DNA of 64,000 bases from Vampirovibrionaceae bacterium NZW_1234. GTDB taxonomy: Bacteria; Cyanobacteriota; Vampirovibrionia; Vampirovibrionales; JAGQHJ01. Shown here in pieces: positions 38,166 through 47,812 of this stretch (within the stretch, counting starts at the first letter, position 1; the number at the start of each line of letters is the position of its first letter). Below the pieces are notes generated by a model. The model did no database searches. It had not been told where the DNA came from and saw nothing but the letters and a program-made list of their open reading frames with translations. Made by a program: the position numbers and the translations under genes. The DNA is taken from positions 151,976-215,975 of the forward strand of contig JBGUGD010000007.1 of assembly GCA_041697335.1 (NCBI GenBank), given 5' to 3'.

Positions 38166-39557
38166 CTACCTTGCGCTAGGGGAAACGCTTTGACGGGTCC
38201 AAAAGAAGTACGCCGGAATCCCGGCCAGGATAATGCCCAGGCCAATCAAGGCATCTCGGGGGTTAGCCCAGATAGTGTTTACGGTAAGCCAAAGGGCAAA
38301 GCCGATAAACAGCAGCGGCGTCCAGGGATACCCCCAGACCTTGTACGCACGAGGAACATCCGGCTGTGTTCGTCTGAGGATAAACAAGGCTCCGCAGGAC
38401 AGGGCATAAAACAGCCATGAGGCGAAGATGACATAGGTGAAGAGCTGCTCAAAACTGCCGGTTAACGTTAATATACAGGCCCAGGAACCTTGAAGAATGA
38501 GTGCTGCATAAGGCGCTTTGGTCTTGGGATGAATGGTTCCGGCCCAGGGAAAGAACTGGCGCTTGCGGGCCATGGCATAAGAAATTCGAGCCCCGGTTAA
38601 AATAAACCCGTTATTGGCCCCCAGGGTCGACAGAATAATCGCCAAGGCCACGAAGCTTGCCCCCCAGAGACCGGTTGCCACTTGGGCCGCATCGGCGGCC
38701 ACGCGCTCGGACCCGGCCATAACGTGTGGGGCCAGTAAATGCAGGTAGGCGATGTTAATAAGCAGATAAAGGCCAATAACCATTGCTGTTGATGCCACCA
38801 GAGCCTTGGGCAAGGTTTTCTGAGGCTCGGCCACTTCACCGGCGACATAGGTAATCTGAATCCACCCGTCATAAGCCCATAAAACGGCAACCATGGCGGT
38901 GCCAAAGGCTTGAAACCAGGATGCCGAGTGATCGGTGCTAAATAACGGTGTAAAGTGCCCCCAAGACCCCGCAGGCAGGCCCAAGCCCATCAAGATGAGC
39001 AGCCCCAAGGCGCCGATTTTGAGCAGGGTCAAGGTGTTTTGGACTTTTGCACCGGATTGCACACCCAGTGTATTGATAACCGTCAAGAGTAGTACGGAGA
39101 CGATAGCAACCCCTTTAATGCCCCAAGGGCTTAAAGGAATGAAATAGCTCAGGTACAAGGCAAAGGCGGTTCCTACGGCAGCAATAGAAGCCGTATTAAT
39201 GACGGCAAACCCTGTCCAGCCGGAAAGAAAACCAACCAGCGGGCTGTAGGCCGAGCTCAGGTAAACAAACTGTCCACCGGCCTGAGGCATCATTACGCCG
39301 AGTTCCGCAATGGACAAGGCCCCCATCATGCTGACCAGGCCGCCAATAATCCAGGCTGCCAGCATGTCGCCCGGCATCCCCAGGGCCAGTGCTACTGAGG
39401 CTGGGACAAAGAAAATGCCCGAACCAATCATGCTGCCCATATTGATCATAAGGGCATCCAGGAGTTTTAGGCGCCGCGGCAATTCTTCCATGCTTTCAGA
39501 CGTCATCGACGATGGCGTGGCTTCCATGGGGTGCCCCCCTGAGATGGCATTGGTCAT
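38166..39557 (-). CDS. APC-family amino acid permease
   Basis: GSMIGSGIF, AELG.MMPQAGG, WAYDGW, GEV.EP, R.YKVWGYP; about 12 TM helices. Confidence 0.95.
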   Translation of the reverse strand: MTNAISGGHPMEATPSSMTSESMEELPRRLKLLDALMINMGSMIGSGIFFVPASVALALGMPGDMLAAWIIGGLVSMMGALSIAELGVMMPQAGGQFVYLSSAYSPLVGFLSGWTGFAVINTASIAAVGTAFALYLSYFIPLSPWGIKGVAIVSVLLLTVINTLGVQSGAKVQNTLTLLKIGALGLLILMGLGLPAGSWGHFTPLFSTDHSASWFQAFGTAMVAVLWAYDGWIQITYVAGEVAEPQKTLPKALVASTAMVIGLYLLINIAYLHLLAPHVMAGSERVAADAAQVATGLWGASFVALAIILSTLGANNGFILTGARISYAMARKRQFFPWAGTIHPKTKAPYAALILQGSWACILTLTGSFEQLFTYVIFASWLFYALSCGALFILRRTQPDVPRAYKVWGYPWTPLLFIGFALWLTVNTIWANPRDALIGLGIILAGIPAYFFWTRQSVSPSAR

Positions 39558-39599
39558 TAATTGCGTTTCCCCCTGTCGCTCCCCCTGACATCAATCGAT

Positions 39600-40751
39600 C
39601 TATTCTATTCCTCGGCACCGCTCCAGAAACTGAACCTTTGCCTGGTGTTGCTCACTGCGCTTCATGCCCAGTCGATAGGCTTCCTTCAACAAATTTTGGA
39701 AGTGGTATACGCCTTCTTCGCGCTTTACGGAAAATCGGCCCTGATGATACACCCCGGATTCCAGATTTTTCTGGACATGTTGGCAGATTTCGATGTCCTG
39801 CTCCTGAACAACATCGCTATAGGCCAGGTCCTCCTCAATCATTTTTCGGGCCTGGGGTGATGTCGTGTCGTCGTAGAAATAATCAAAAACCACCTGAGAG
39901 CGGTCCGGCCCCACGGGGACCACGATATTGGTCTGGACCCGCGATGGCATGATATTGAGCATCATGTTCGGGAAAATAAAGTAGTAGAAGACCTGGTCTC
40001 CCCCGTAAAAATTGTCCTGGCCCTTTAAGGGGCTGTATTGCAGGGAATAATAGGGGTTGATTTCGGTGGTGTAATTTTTGTAGTCCAGCAGGTTGGCCAA
40101 TTCCGGGTGAACCTGATAGATGTGGTAGCCTTCCAGGTAGTTGTCGACATAAACCTTCCAGTTACATTCCACGTCGTAGACAACCCGTTGATGAAAGGTT
40201 TTGCCGTTCAGTTTCAGAGGGGCAATTTTTTCCAGAATTCCACCCAGCACGGCGTTCAGTGGTGTCGGATTCTCCGACAGGTTCACAAAAATCAGGTTTT
40301 CCCATGTGGCCACCTGGACCGGAAATAGACCGTAGTCTTCGGCTTGAAAGCATTCGACACCGTCAAACTCCGGAGTCCCTATCAGTCGACCGTCCAGGCC
40401 ATACGTCCAGCCATGATATTTGCAGCGTAATGTGCTTGCATGGCCGTCCGCAGTCGCAAGCGGGCCACCGCGGTGACGGCATATGTTGTAAAACCCTCGG
40501 AGGGAGCCATCTTTTTCTTTCAGCACAATCACGGAGCGCCCGGCGATGTTGGCCAGAAAATAATCTCCGGGCCGCTGCACTTGATCCAGCCGCCCCGCCA
40601 TCTGCCATTGGTGGCTGAAGACCTCCTGGATATCCCAGTCAAAAAAGGCCCGTGAGGTGTACCAGCTGGCCGGAATCGTAGAGGCTTCCGCCAAGGGTTT
40701 GATGCTCAGGGTGTCTTCGGACAGGTCCGGTAACTGCATAGGGTAAATCAT
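39600..40751 (-). CDS. Rieske non-heme iron oxygenase alpha subunit (choline monooxygenase-like)
   Basis: NICRHRG, CKYHGWTY, NWKVYVDNYLEGYH...VH, QDIEIC; GGAGG before ATG 40751. Confidence 0.92.
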   Translation of the reverse strand: MIYPMQLPDLSEDTLSIKPLAEASTIPASWYTSRAFFDWDIQEVFSHQWQMAGRLDQVQRPGDYFLANIAGRSVIVLKEKDGSLRGFYNICRHRGGPLATADGHASTLRCKYHGWTYGLDGRLIGTPEFDGVECFQAEDYGLFPVQVATWENLIFVNLSENPTPLNAVLGGILEKIAPLKLNGKTFHQRVVYDVECNWKVYVDNYLEGYHIYQVHPELANLLDYKNYTTEINPYYSLQYSPLKGQDNFYGGDQVFYYFIFPNMMLNIMPSRVQTNIVVPVGPDRSQVVFDYFYDDTTSPQARKMIEEDLAYSDVVQEQDIEICQHVQKNLESGVYHQGRFSVKREEGVYHFQNLLKEAYRLGMKRSEQHQAKVQFLERCRGIE

Positions 40752-40989
40752 GGTGTTTCCCTCCATATCCCAGCCTCTTCTATCCAACAGATGACTTGAA
40801 GGTATCCTAGCACAAACATGCCTTCGGCTATCAAAAAATGCGAATCTTAGTTGTTAAGCGGATGATGAGGTATGGCATCCGCGTGTTGAAGTCTCGCATA
40901 GACCCATGTTGAGATGGGGGGATCTTTCAGGCAAAATAGGGACGTGTGATACCCCATGTACTAGTGGACGAATGAAGGAGATGTCTCAC

Positions 40990-42945
40990 ATGACCCAGAC
41001 CCTCGAACGCCATGAGTTTCAAGCTGAAACCAAAGAGTTGCTGGCGTTAATGATTCACTCTATTTATTCCAACAAGGATATTTTTCTGCGCGAGCTGATT
41101 TCCAACAGTTCGGACGCTATCGATAAGTTGAAGTTTGAGGCCTTGACCCAAAAAGACCTGCTTCCGGCTGATTACGAGCCCCACATTTTTCTCAGTGTTG
41201 ATAAAAAAGCCAATACCCTCTCCATTGCCGACAATGGGATTGGGATGTCCCGCGAGGACTTGGTAAACCTGATTGGCACCATTGCCAAGTCCGGTACCCG
41301 TGAATTTATGGCAGCGCTTAAAGAGACCCAACGCCAGGACGCTGTTTTGCCGCCGGAATTGATTGGGCAGTTTGGCGTAGGCTTTTACTCGACCTTTATG
41401 GTGGCGGATAAAGTAACCCTGGTTACACGAAAGGCCGGTGAAGCCCAGGCCACCCGATGGGAATCCACCGGGGATGGGACATTTACTCTCGAAACCGTAG
41501 AGGCGCCTACCCAAGGCACCACCATCACCTTGCATCTGAAAACCACGGATTCGGAAGACGGCTTGCATGACTATACCGATGAGTGGACCCTTCGGGGCAT
41601 TGTTAAAAAATATTCCGACTTCGTGGCCTATCCTATTCAAATGGACTTGGAGCGTAAGGAAGTCGAGCGCGATGCCGAAGGAAAGCCCATCGAAGGCACC
41701 GAAAAGACGATCGTTGAACGTCAGACCCTGAATTCCATGAAGGCCATTTGGACGCGTCCCGAATCCGAGGTGACCGAGGAAGAGTACCAGGAGTTCTACA
41801 AGCATATTTCTCACGACTGGAACAACCCCTTGAAAACCATTCGGATGAAGATGGAAGGCAACTTCGAAGCCCAGGCCCTGTTGTTCATTCCGGCCAAGGC
41901 CCCCATGGATCTGTTTTACCGCGACAGCCGCCGTGGTGTTCAGCTTTATGTCAAGCGCGTCTTTATCATGGACGACTGCAAAGAGCTGCTGCCCGACTAC
42001 CTGCGTTTCGTCAAAGGCGTGGTGGATTCGGAAGATCTGTCTTTGAATATTTCTCGGGAGATTTTGCAGCAGGATCGGCAGATCCATGCCATTCGCAAGC
42101 GGCTGGTCAAAAAGCTTCTCAGTACCTTGAGCGATTTGCGTCGGACAGACAAGGAAACCTATCTGAACTTCTGGGCCGAATTCGGCAAGGTGATGAAAGA
42201 AGGGCTGTATGAAGACTACGACAATCGGGAGTCTTTACTGGAGATCGCCTTCTTCCAGTCCACCCAGTCGGAAACCGAGTTGACCACGCTAAAGGAATAC
42301 GTGGATCGGATGAAGCCCGGTCAGGATGACATTTACTTTATGACCGGCGAGTCTCGCAAGACCGTGCTGAATTCACCCCACCTGGAAGCCTTTAAGGACA
42401 AGGGCTATGAAGTCCTGATTCTGACCGATCCGGTGGATGAACTTTGGGTGCAATCGGTTTCGGAATTTGAGGGCAAGCGTTTCAAGTCCATCGGAAAGGG
42501 CACTGTGGAGCTGGGCACCGAAGATGAGCGCAAGAAGAATGAAGAAGCGCTTCAGGAAAAGCAAAAATCCTTCCAGTCTTTGCTCGATGCCTTGAAAAAC
42601 CAACTTAACGAGGACATTAGCGAAGTTCGTTTGTCAAATCGACTCACGCAATCCGCTTCCTGTCTGGTGGGTAATCCCCACGACCTGAGCCCGCAGATGG
42701 AGCAGATGTTGAAGGCCATGAATCAGGAGGTCCCCAAATCCAAGCGGGTTCTGGAGTTGAATCCCAGCCACCCAATCATGACCAAGCTCCAGAGTATTTT
42801 TGAGAAAAACGCTTCGGATGCGGCCTTGGGCGATTATGCCTACCTGCTTTACGGACAGGCGTTGCTCGCTGAAGGAAGCCCGTTGCAGGAGCCGGCGCGC
42901 TTCAGCAAACTGGTCTCCGAATTGATGCTGAAGTCCTTGGACTAA
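40990..42945 (+). CDS. htpG: Hsp90 chaperone HtpG
   Basis: FQAET, YSNKDIFLRELISN, DNGIGM, IGQFGVGFYS, LNISRE; AAGGAG before ATG 40990. Confidence 0.97.
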   Translation: MTQTLERHEFQAETKELLALMIHSIYSNKDIFLRELISNSSDAIDKLKFEALTQKDLLPADYEPHIFLSVDKKANTLSIADNGIGMSREDLVNLIGTIAKSGTREFMAALKETQRQDAVLPPELIGQFGVGFYSTFMVADKVTLVTRKAGEAQATRWESTGDGTFTLETVEAPTQGTTITLHLKTTDSEDGLHDYTDEWTLRGIVKKYSDFVAYPIQMDLERKEVERDAEGKPIEGTEKTIVERQTLNSMKAIWTRPESEVTEEEYQEFYKHISHDWNNPLKTIRMKMEGNFEAQALLFIPAKAPMDLFYRDSRRGVQLYVKRVFIMDDCKELLPDYLRFVKGVVDSEDLSLNISREILQQDRQIHAIRKRLVKKLLSTLSDLRRTDKETYLNFWAEFGKVMKEGLYEDYDNRESLLEIAFFQSTQSETELTTLKEYVDRMKPGQDDIYFMTGESRKTVLNSPHLEAFKDKGYEVLILTDPVDELWVQSVSEFEGKRFKSIGKGTVELGTEDERKKNEEALQEKQKSFQSLLDALKNQLNEDISEVRLSNRLTQSASCLVGNPHDLSPQMEQMLKAMNQEVPKSKRVLELNPSHPIMTKLQSIFEKNASDAALGDYAYLLYGQALLAEGSPLQEPARFSKLVSELMLKSLD

Positions 42946-42987
42946 GCGTTTCTTCAGCATCGCGATCTTTATTTTCAATCAGAGTCT

Positions 42988-43030
42988 AAACAACCCCCTT
43001 GGGAATGATGATCCCAAGGGGGTGTTTTTT
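42988..43030. terminator. Terminator between convergent htpG and Hsp20 genes
   Basis: ACCCCCTTGGGA...TCCCAAGGGGGT stem followed by GTTTTTT. Confidence 0.85.
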
Positions 43031-43041
43031 GAGTGCAGGGT

Positions 43042-43524
43042 CTATGACTGTTGTTGCTGCTGTTGTTGTGAATTCACTTTGATCTTGTGCTTACGGCTCT
43101 GCTCGGCTTTGGGGAGCCGGACCGTCAGCATGCCATGCTCAAAGGACGCCTGTGCCTGATCGCTCATGACATCGACGGGCAGTGGAATCTGTCGATAAAA
43201 GCTGCCTTTGACAATTTCACGCCGGACAAACTCTTTTTCCTCGGCCTGTTCTTCCTGGCTCATCTGTCCGCTCAAGGTAATCATATGCTCGTCCACCTCA
43301 ATGTCAATGTCCTCGGGACGATAGCCAGGAATGCTGGCTTTGACTTCAATTTCTTTTTCCAGATTTCGGATGTCCACCGAAGGCATCCATTTGCCACTCA
43401 TTTCCATGAGTCCCGTACCCCCGTGGCGGCGCCCCATCAGCGGGCTGAAAAATTCCTGCTCCAACTCGCTAAAAAGTCGGTTTATATCGCCCTGAATCGA
43501 AGACAATGGTCGCATTATTGCCAT
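43042..43524 (-). CDS. Small heat shock protein (Hsp20/alpha-crystallin)
   Basis: PSVDI, IPG..PEDI, RRE..GSFYR.I.LP, ASFEHGMLTVRLPK; GGAGG before ATG 43524. Confidence 0.95.
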   Translation of the reverse strand: MAIMRPLSSIQGDINRLFSELEQEFFSPLMGRRHGGTGLMEMSGKWMPSVDIRNLEKEIEVKASIPGYRPEDIDIEVDEHMITLSGQMSQEEQAEEKEFVRREIVKGSFYRQIPLPVDVMSDQAQASFEHGMLTVRLPKAEQSRKHKIKVNSQQQQQQQS

Positions 43525-43725
43525 GATGAATCCTCCCCATCTGGATTGTTCTGCCTCAAACATATTCCTACGGTCGGCGCTATTGCCGCCGACCGGTGTT
43601 CAAATTTGGATGCCATAGTATGCCCTTTGGCCCCATTACGGACATTGGCAGTCAGGGTAGTTTTCGTTCGCCATAAGAGGATGACTTGAGGCCGATAGAC
43701 CTAAAAAAGTCGTCGCAAGGCGAAT

Positions 43726-45720
43726 TTAGCTTGTCGCAACACGGGCGGTCTCAGCAGAGGCGGGGCGGGATTCCAGCACGTGCTCAGCCGTTACGATGGC
43801 ATCCAGGAGACTATGGGTGCCATCCAGAGCCGCTTCATACAAGAACAAGGTATCTTCCAACGCCGACATGACTTTTTGCCAATCCACGGCACCGGCTGGC
43901 TGCTCCGTCCGCCGTTTGTTTTTCTGGGTGTAGCGTAACAGGGCATGTTGAATGTAGTCATTAATCAACACCTGTTGACGAAGACGTGTCAGTGTTTCAG
44001 CATTTTTCTGATCCAGTTTACGCACCCGGGCTTCCAGTGAATGGGTCAGTACCCGTTTCTGGCTCAGTTCCCGGATTACCCGTGTCATCTCCTCAATGCA
44101 CTCGGGCAGCAGTTTCTTCAGGCTCATCAGCATGTCTTTGTCCTGGGCGAATTGGGCCTGAACTTTTTGGAAAATATCATGGTCCGCCGAGAGCTCCTGG
44201 TAGTGAGTTTGTATGTAAGCCTCCAGGCTGGCTGCGGCTTGTGGGTCGGCAGGTGGGTATTTGGTCAGGGCCTCGTCAAAGGGCAAATGCTCAAAGCCTT
44301 TGATAAAGGATCCACCCACGGAACAGTTGACGAGGGTCAGGTCTGGATACTGATCGGGTACCCGTTCAAAGCAGCGCCGAAACACGTCGTACGTCCGCTG
44401 GCTTAGGATAGTGTTGCCATACCAGTCCTTGGCCCGGGTCACAGGGCCGCCGAACTTGAACTGAAACTTGTGCCAGTCGGCTTCGCTGTCCATAAAGCCG
44501 TCCACACCAAAGAAATCATCTTTGTTGTCCCATTGCACGACTTTCTGCCCGCCCTTGCCCAGAATAAAGCGACAGTTGGCATAGACCGAGTTTTGGGCAT
44601 ACATTTTTCCATCCGGGCAGGCCAAGTCTTGTCCCACCAGAAAAATAGGGTTGCAGCCCAGTTTAATCAAGTGCTGCAAGGCTGTAAGCGAGACCGTCCC
44701 ATCGTGATCGTAGGGCTCCATATCTTGCCCCGTGGCATGAGAGACCCAGCGGATAAAGGGCTGGTTTGACGTATACGCCACGAATTTGCGCCGTGTGGGC
44801 AGTGCCAGAATCTTGGGGTTGGCTTGGGGCAGGACCAGCAGGTTCACGTCTGGGGTGAAACTGACGTCTTTCAATTGTAGGGTAATGTCCTTGCTTTCCA
44901 GCATACAGACAAAGTCCGGGGTGATACCGGCTTTGTCCAGAGCTTTGGCGGCCTGACCCACGGCACAGATAATCAGCTTGTCCCGCTGGGCTTTCAGGGT
45001 ATCCAGCACACCCGGCTGATCCAGCGAGGGACCTGCCGACACCACGACGCCATGCTTCTGTGGGCAGGTATTTTTAAGAGAACCGGCATCGGGGTAGCGC
45101 AAAATGGTGCCCAAGTTGTTTAAGGCGTTTTGTGTGAAAATCGCCTGCTGGGAGATATCAGTGCTTTGGGTGGTGATACACAGACTCATCGAAATGTTCA
45201 ATTCGTCCAGCACCTCAAGCAGAATTTCGGGTTCTTTCTCCCGGTAGCTGGGCAGGGCCAGAAAATTAAAGGGATCGCCCACAATGTACCAGCGGCTCAA
45301 CGCGTTCAGGAGCTGATCGGGTGAGGTGACAAACCAGACTCGCTTCGAGGCAATTTCTTCGGAAAGATCCACGAGTTCCAAGGTCTGGCGCAAGACTTCC
45401 GGGTAGGGTTCATAAATAATCAGGGTGCTCTGGCTGCTGACATAGCTTCGCCGGAGCAGGTAGCCTAACCCCAGTCCGTACATGAAGATCAGGCTTTGTT
45501 CGGTGCGCTGGTCTTCCGGTACACCCTGTTCAAAGGTTTCCAAGGCCTCGCCGCCCGGATCGTTGATGCGGTGAAGGGCAATTTCCTCGTAGGCAATGTT
45601 GACATCATCAAAGTGGCCTTTAAACAGGCATACTTTCTCACTGATGGGGGTGGCTTCGATGAGTTTGACGATTTCGGGCTGAAGGGGCTTTAAAGCTTTC
45701 AAATTCTTGTCTAGCGTCAC
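43726..45720 (-). CDS. Motility-associated factor (Maf/DUF115)-like glycosyltransferase
   Basis: YGLGLGY, IYEP, VVSAGPSL, GITPDF, GTVS, LVGQDLA, VNCSVGG..I.G. Confidence 0.8.
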   Translation of the reverse strand: MTLDKNLKALKPLQPEIVKLIEATPISEKVCLFKGHFDDVNIAYEEIALHRINDPGGEALETFEQGVPEDQRTEQSLIFMYGLGLGYLLRRSYVSSQSTLIIYEPYPEVLRQTLELVDLSEEIASKRVWFVTSPDQLLNALSRWYIVGDPFNFLALPSYREKEPEILLEVLDELNISMSLCITTQSTDISQQAIFTQNALNNLGTILRYPDAGSLKNTCPQKHGVVVSAGPSLDQPGVLDTLKAQRDKLIICAVGQAAKALDKAGITPDFVCMLESKDITLQLKDVSFTPDVNLLVLPQANPKILALPTRRKFVAYTSNQPFIRWVSHATGQDMEPYDHDGTVSLTALQHLIKLGCNPIFLVGQDLACPDGKMYAQNSVYANCRFILGKGGQKVVQWDNKDDFFGVDGFMDSEADWHKFQFKFGGPVTRAKDWYGNTILSQRTYDVFRRCFERVPDQYPDLTLVNCSVGGSFIKGFEHLPFDEALTKYPPADPQAAASLEAYIQTHYQELSADHDIFQKVQAQFAQDKDMLMSLKKLLPECIEEMTRVIRELSQKRVLTHSLEARVRKLDQKNAETLTRLRQQVLINDYIQHALLRYTQKNKRRTEQPAGAVDWQKVMSALEDTLFLYEAALDGTHSLLDAIVTAEHVLESRPASAETARVATS

Positions 45721-45820
45721 CGGTGGATTCCTCTCTCAACGCGTTGGCTTGGCTATATTCATTATAGGTTTTCTGCCGCAACTCAGGCTCCCTTGATTGG
45801 ACGAACCCGCTGAACGTTTT

Positions 45821-47059
45821 TCAACACGTCAGAGAAGCCGGAATACCGATGTCTTTCAGGTGATCCTGCGGAGGAATTTTTGAGACAATATAGCGCCCGA
45901 TTTCCAGCGAGGCAGTCGCGGCAGGAGAAGGGGCATTGCAGACATGGAGCATGCGCGGGGCTTCGACGATGAGAAAATCATCCAGAAGCGAACCGTCCGG
46001 TTTCAGGGCCTGGGCTCGGACACCACAGGGAGCCGGGTTCAGGTCTTTTGCCTGAATGTCGGGGACGAGACGCTGAAGATTTTTGACAAATAAGGCTTTG
46101 CTCCAGGACCGGATCATTTCCTGTAAGCCTTCGCCCAGGTATTTGGAGGACAGGCGCCAGAAGCCCGGATAGGTGAGGGTATCAAGAGCGTCTCTGAGGT
46201 GAACGTCATAACGCCGGTAACCTTCTCGCTTCAGGCTGAGAACGGCATTGGGTCCTACATGGACGTGCTCGTCCACCCCTCGGGTCAGGTGAACCCCCAG
46301 AAATGGGAAGGCCGGGTTTGGGACCGGATAGACGAGGCCGTTGACAAGGTGCTGTCTGCTGGCGACAAGTTCGTAGTATTCGCCTCGAAAAGGAACAATG
46401 CGGTAGCTGGGGGGTGCAGTTTTGCTCAGGCGGCTTAGGCGATCGCTGAATAACCCACCACAGTTAATGGCGTAGCGGGTTTCCAGGGGGCCTTGGGTGG
46501 TTTGGATCCGGATGCCCATCGCCTGGTGTTGAATTCCGGTGACCCGGTGGTTCAGACGAATTTCCCCACCCAGGGCTTCAATGTCTCTGGCCAGGTGATG
46601 GGCCACTTGGCGATAATCAACCACACCGGTGGTGGCGACTTCGATGGCGGCCATGCTGTTGACATAAGGTTCCTGTTCACGGACTTCTTCTCCGGAAATC
46701 AGGCGCACGGGGATTTCGTTTTCAAGGCCGCGCTGATACAGGGTTTCCAGTCGAGGCAATTCGCTGGGGTGTGTGGCAACAATCAATTTGCCGCGGGTAA
46801 TGCAGGGAATGCGGTGTTGTTGGCAATAGTCTTTCATGGAGGCAACCCCCGCCTTGGCGAGTTGGGCTTTTAGGCTCCCCGGGGCATAATAGATGCCCGA
46901 ATGAATGACACCGCTGTTGTGGCCTGTTTGGTGATACGCCAGCATGGTCTCTTTTTCCAGGATCACAATCTTGGCGTCCGGGAATCGGTTCAGGAGCATC
47001 AAGCCGGTTGCCAGGCCGACAATGCCGCCGCCAATGATACAAAAGTCATTCATACCCAA
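45821..47059 (-). CDS. lhgO: L-2-hydroxyglutarate oxidase
   Basis: IIGGGIVG, HQTGHNSGVIHSGIYY.PGSLKA, PFRGEYY, PFLGVH, GVRAQA, NAPSPAATASL. Confidence 0.92.
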   Translation of the reverse strand: MGMNDFCIIGGGIVGLATGLMLLNRFPDAKIVILEKETMLAYHQTGHNSGVIHSGIYYAPGSLKAQLAKAGVASMKDYCQQHRIPCITRGKLIVATHPSELPRLETLYQRGLENEIPVRLISGEEVREQEPYVNSMAAIEVATTGVVDYRQVAHHLARDIEALGGEIRLNHRVTGIQHQAMGIRIQTTQGPLETRYAINCGGLFSDRLSRLSKTAPPSYRIVPFRGEYYELVASRQHLVNGLVYPVPNPAFPFLGVHLTRGVDEHVHVGPNAVLSLKREGYRRYDVHLRDALDTLTYPGFWRLSSKYLGEGLQEMIRSWSKALFVKNLQRLVPDIQAKDLNPAPCGVRAQALKPDGSLLDDFLIVEAPRMLHVCNAPSPAATASLEIGRYIVSKIPPQDHLKDIGIPASLTC

Positions 47060-47210
47060 AAATGCCCCTCTCCGGGTGCCACACTACGTTTATTATACCC
47101 AATTCTTTCATCCCCTAGCCTTGGCGTCTCAATCCGGTAAGAGCCTTTGCAGATTGGCTTGGATTTGGGTATGGTCTAAGATAGAAGCAGGAAGTTCTGG
47201 AGGCGAATCA

Positions 47211-47702
47211 ATGGCCCATCAACGTTGGAATGTGGTGTTGTTCTGTATCGGGTTATCCCTGGTGATGGGGGTTTTCGGAACGTCCCTGACCGGGTGTGTG
47301 ATTCGCAAAGGCTCCCCGACGACGGCGGAGGAACGACGCCAGGATCAGGAAAGCAAGGCCTTTGTCGATAGCTTGCTGCCTCAGATTTTAACCACGTGGG
47401 ATAGCGGACTGCTGGTTGACCATGCGACTCACTCGTTGCTTAAATCAACACCTCCTGAGGCAGTTGCCTCCATGTTCAAGGCGTTTTCCCGGAAGCTGGG
47501 TCCTCTGGAAACCTACGAAGGCTCCTATGGCATGACTCGCACGGTTAAAACCCGTAAGGGAACCTTTTTGGTGGCTTCCTATAAAGTGGTTGGCATCTTC
47601 AAGTATGGTCCGGCCGAAATCATCCTGAAGCTGATTCATCGTGATAACCAATGGAAGATTTATCAATTTCAAGTGAATTCCGAAGCCCTGACGGTAATGT
47701 AG
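47211..47702 (+). CDS. Putative lipoprotein
   Basis: GGAGG RBS, hydrophobic signal ending LTGC lipobox; KLGPL...WKI C-terminal pattern. Confidence 0.7.
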   Translation: MAHQRWNVVLFCIGLSLVMGVFGTSLTGCVIRKGSPTTAEERRQDQESKAFVDSLLPQILTTWDSGLLVDHATHSLLKSTPPEAVASMFKAFSRKLGPLETYEGSYGMTRTVKTRKGTFLVASYKVVGIFKYGPAEIILKLIHRDNQWKIYQFQVNSEALTVM

Positions 47703-47812
47703 TATCATTTTGATGATGCCCTGTCTTTCGGGCATGATTGAGAGAGTCCCCCGGGTAGTTGAATCACGAGTGTTTGTTCTTGGGGGAGCCTGGTGGAAGG
47801 AGAAGACGGCCT

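Noticed and set aside
41047..42087. 346 aa antisense ORF (also 14181-15071, 24568-25329, 49271-49954, 43087-43689)
   Set aside because: Shadow frames opposite well-supported genes with biased codon usage; no motifs.
4961..43030. Similar CCCCCTTGG stems in the tpx and htpG terminators as a repeat family
   Set aside because: Only two short copies; convergent terminator composition is sufficient.
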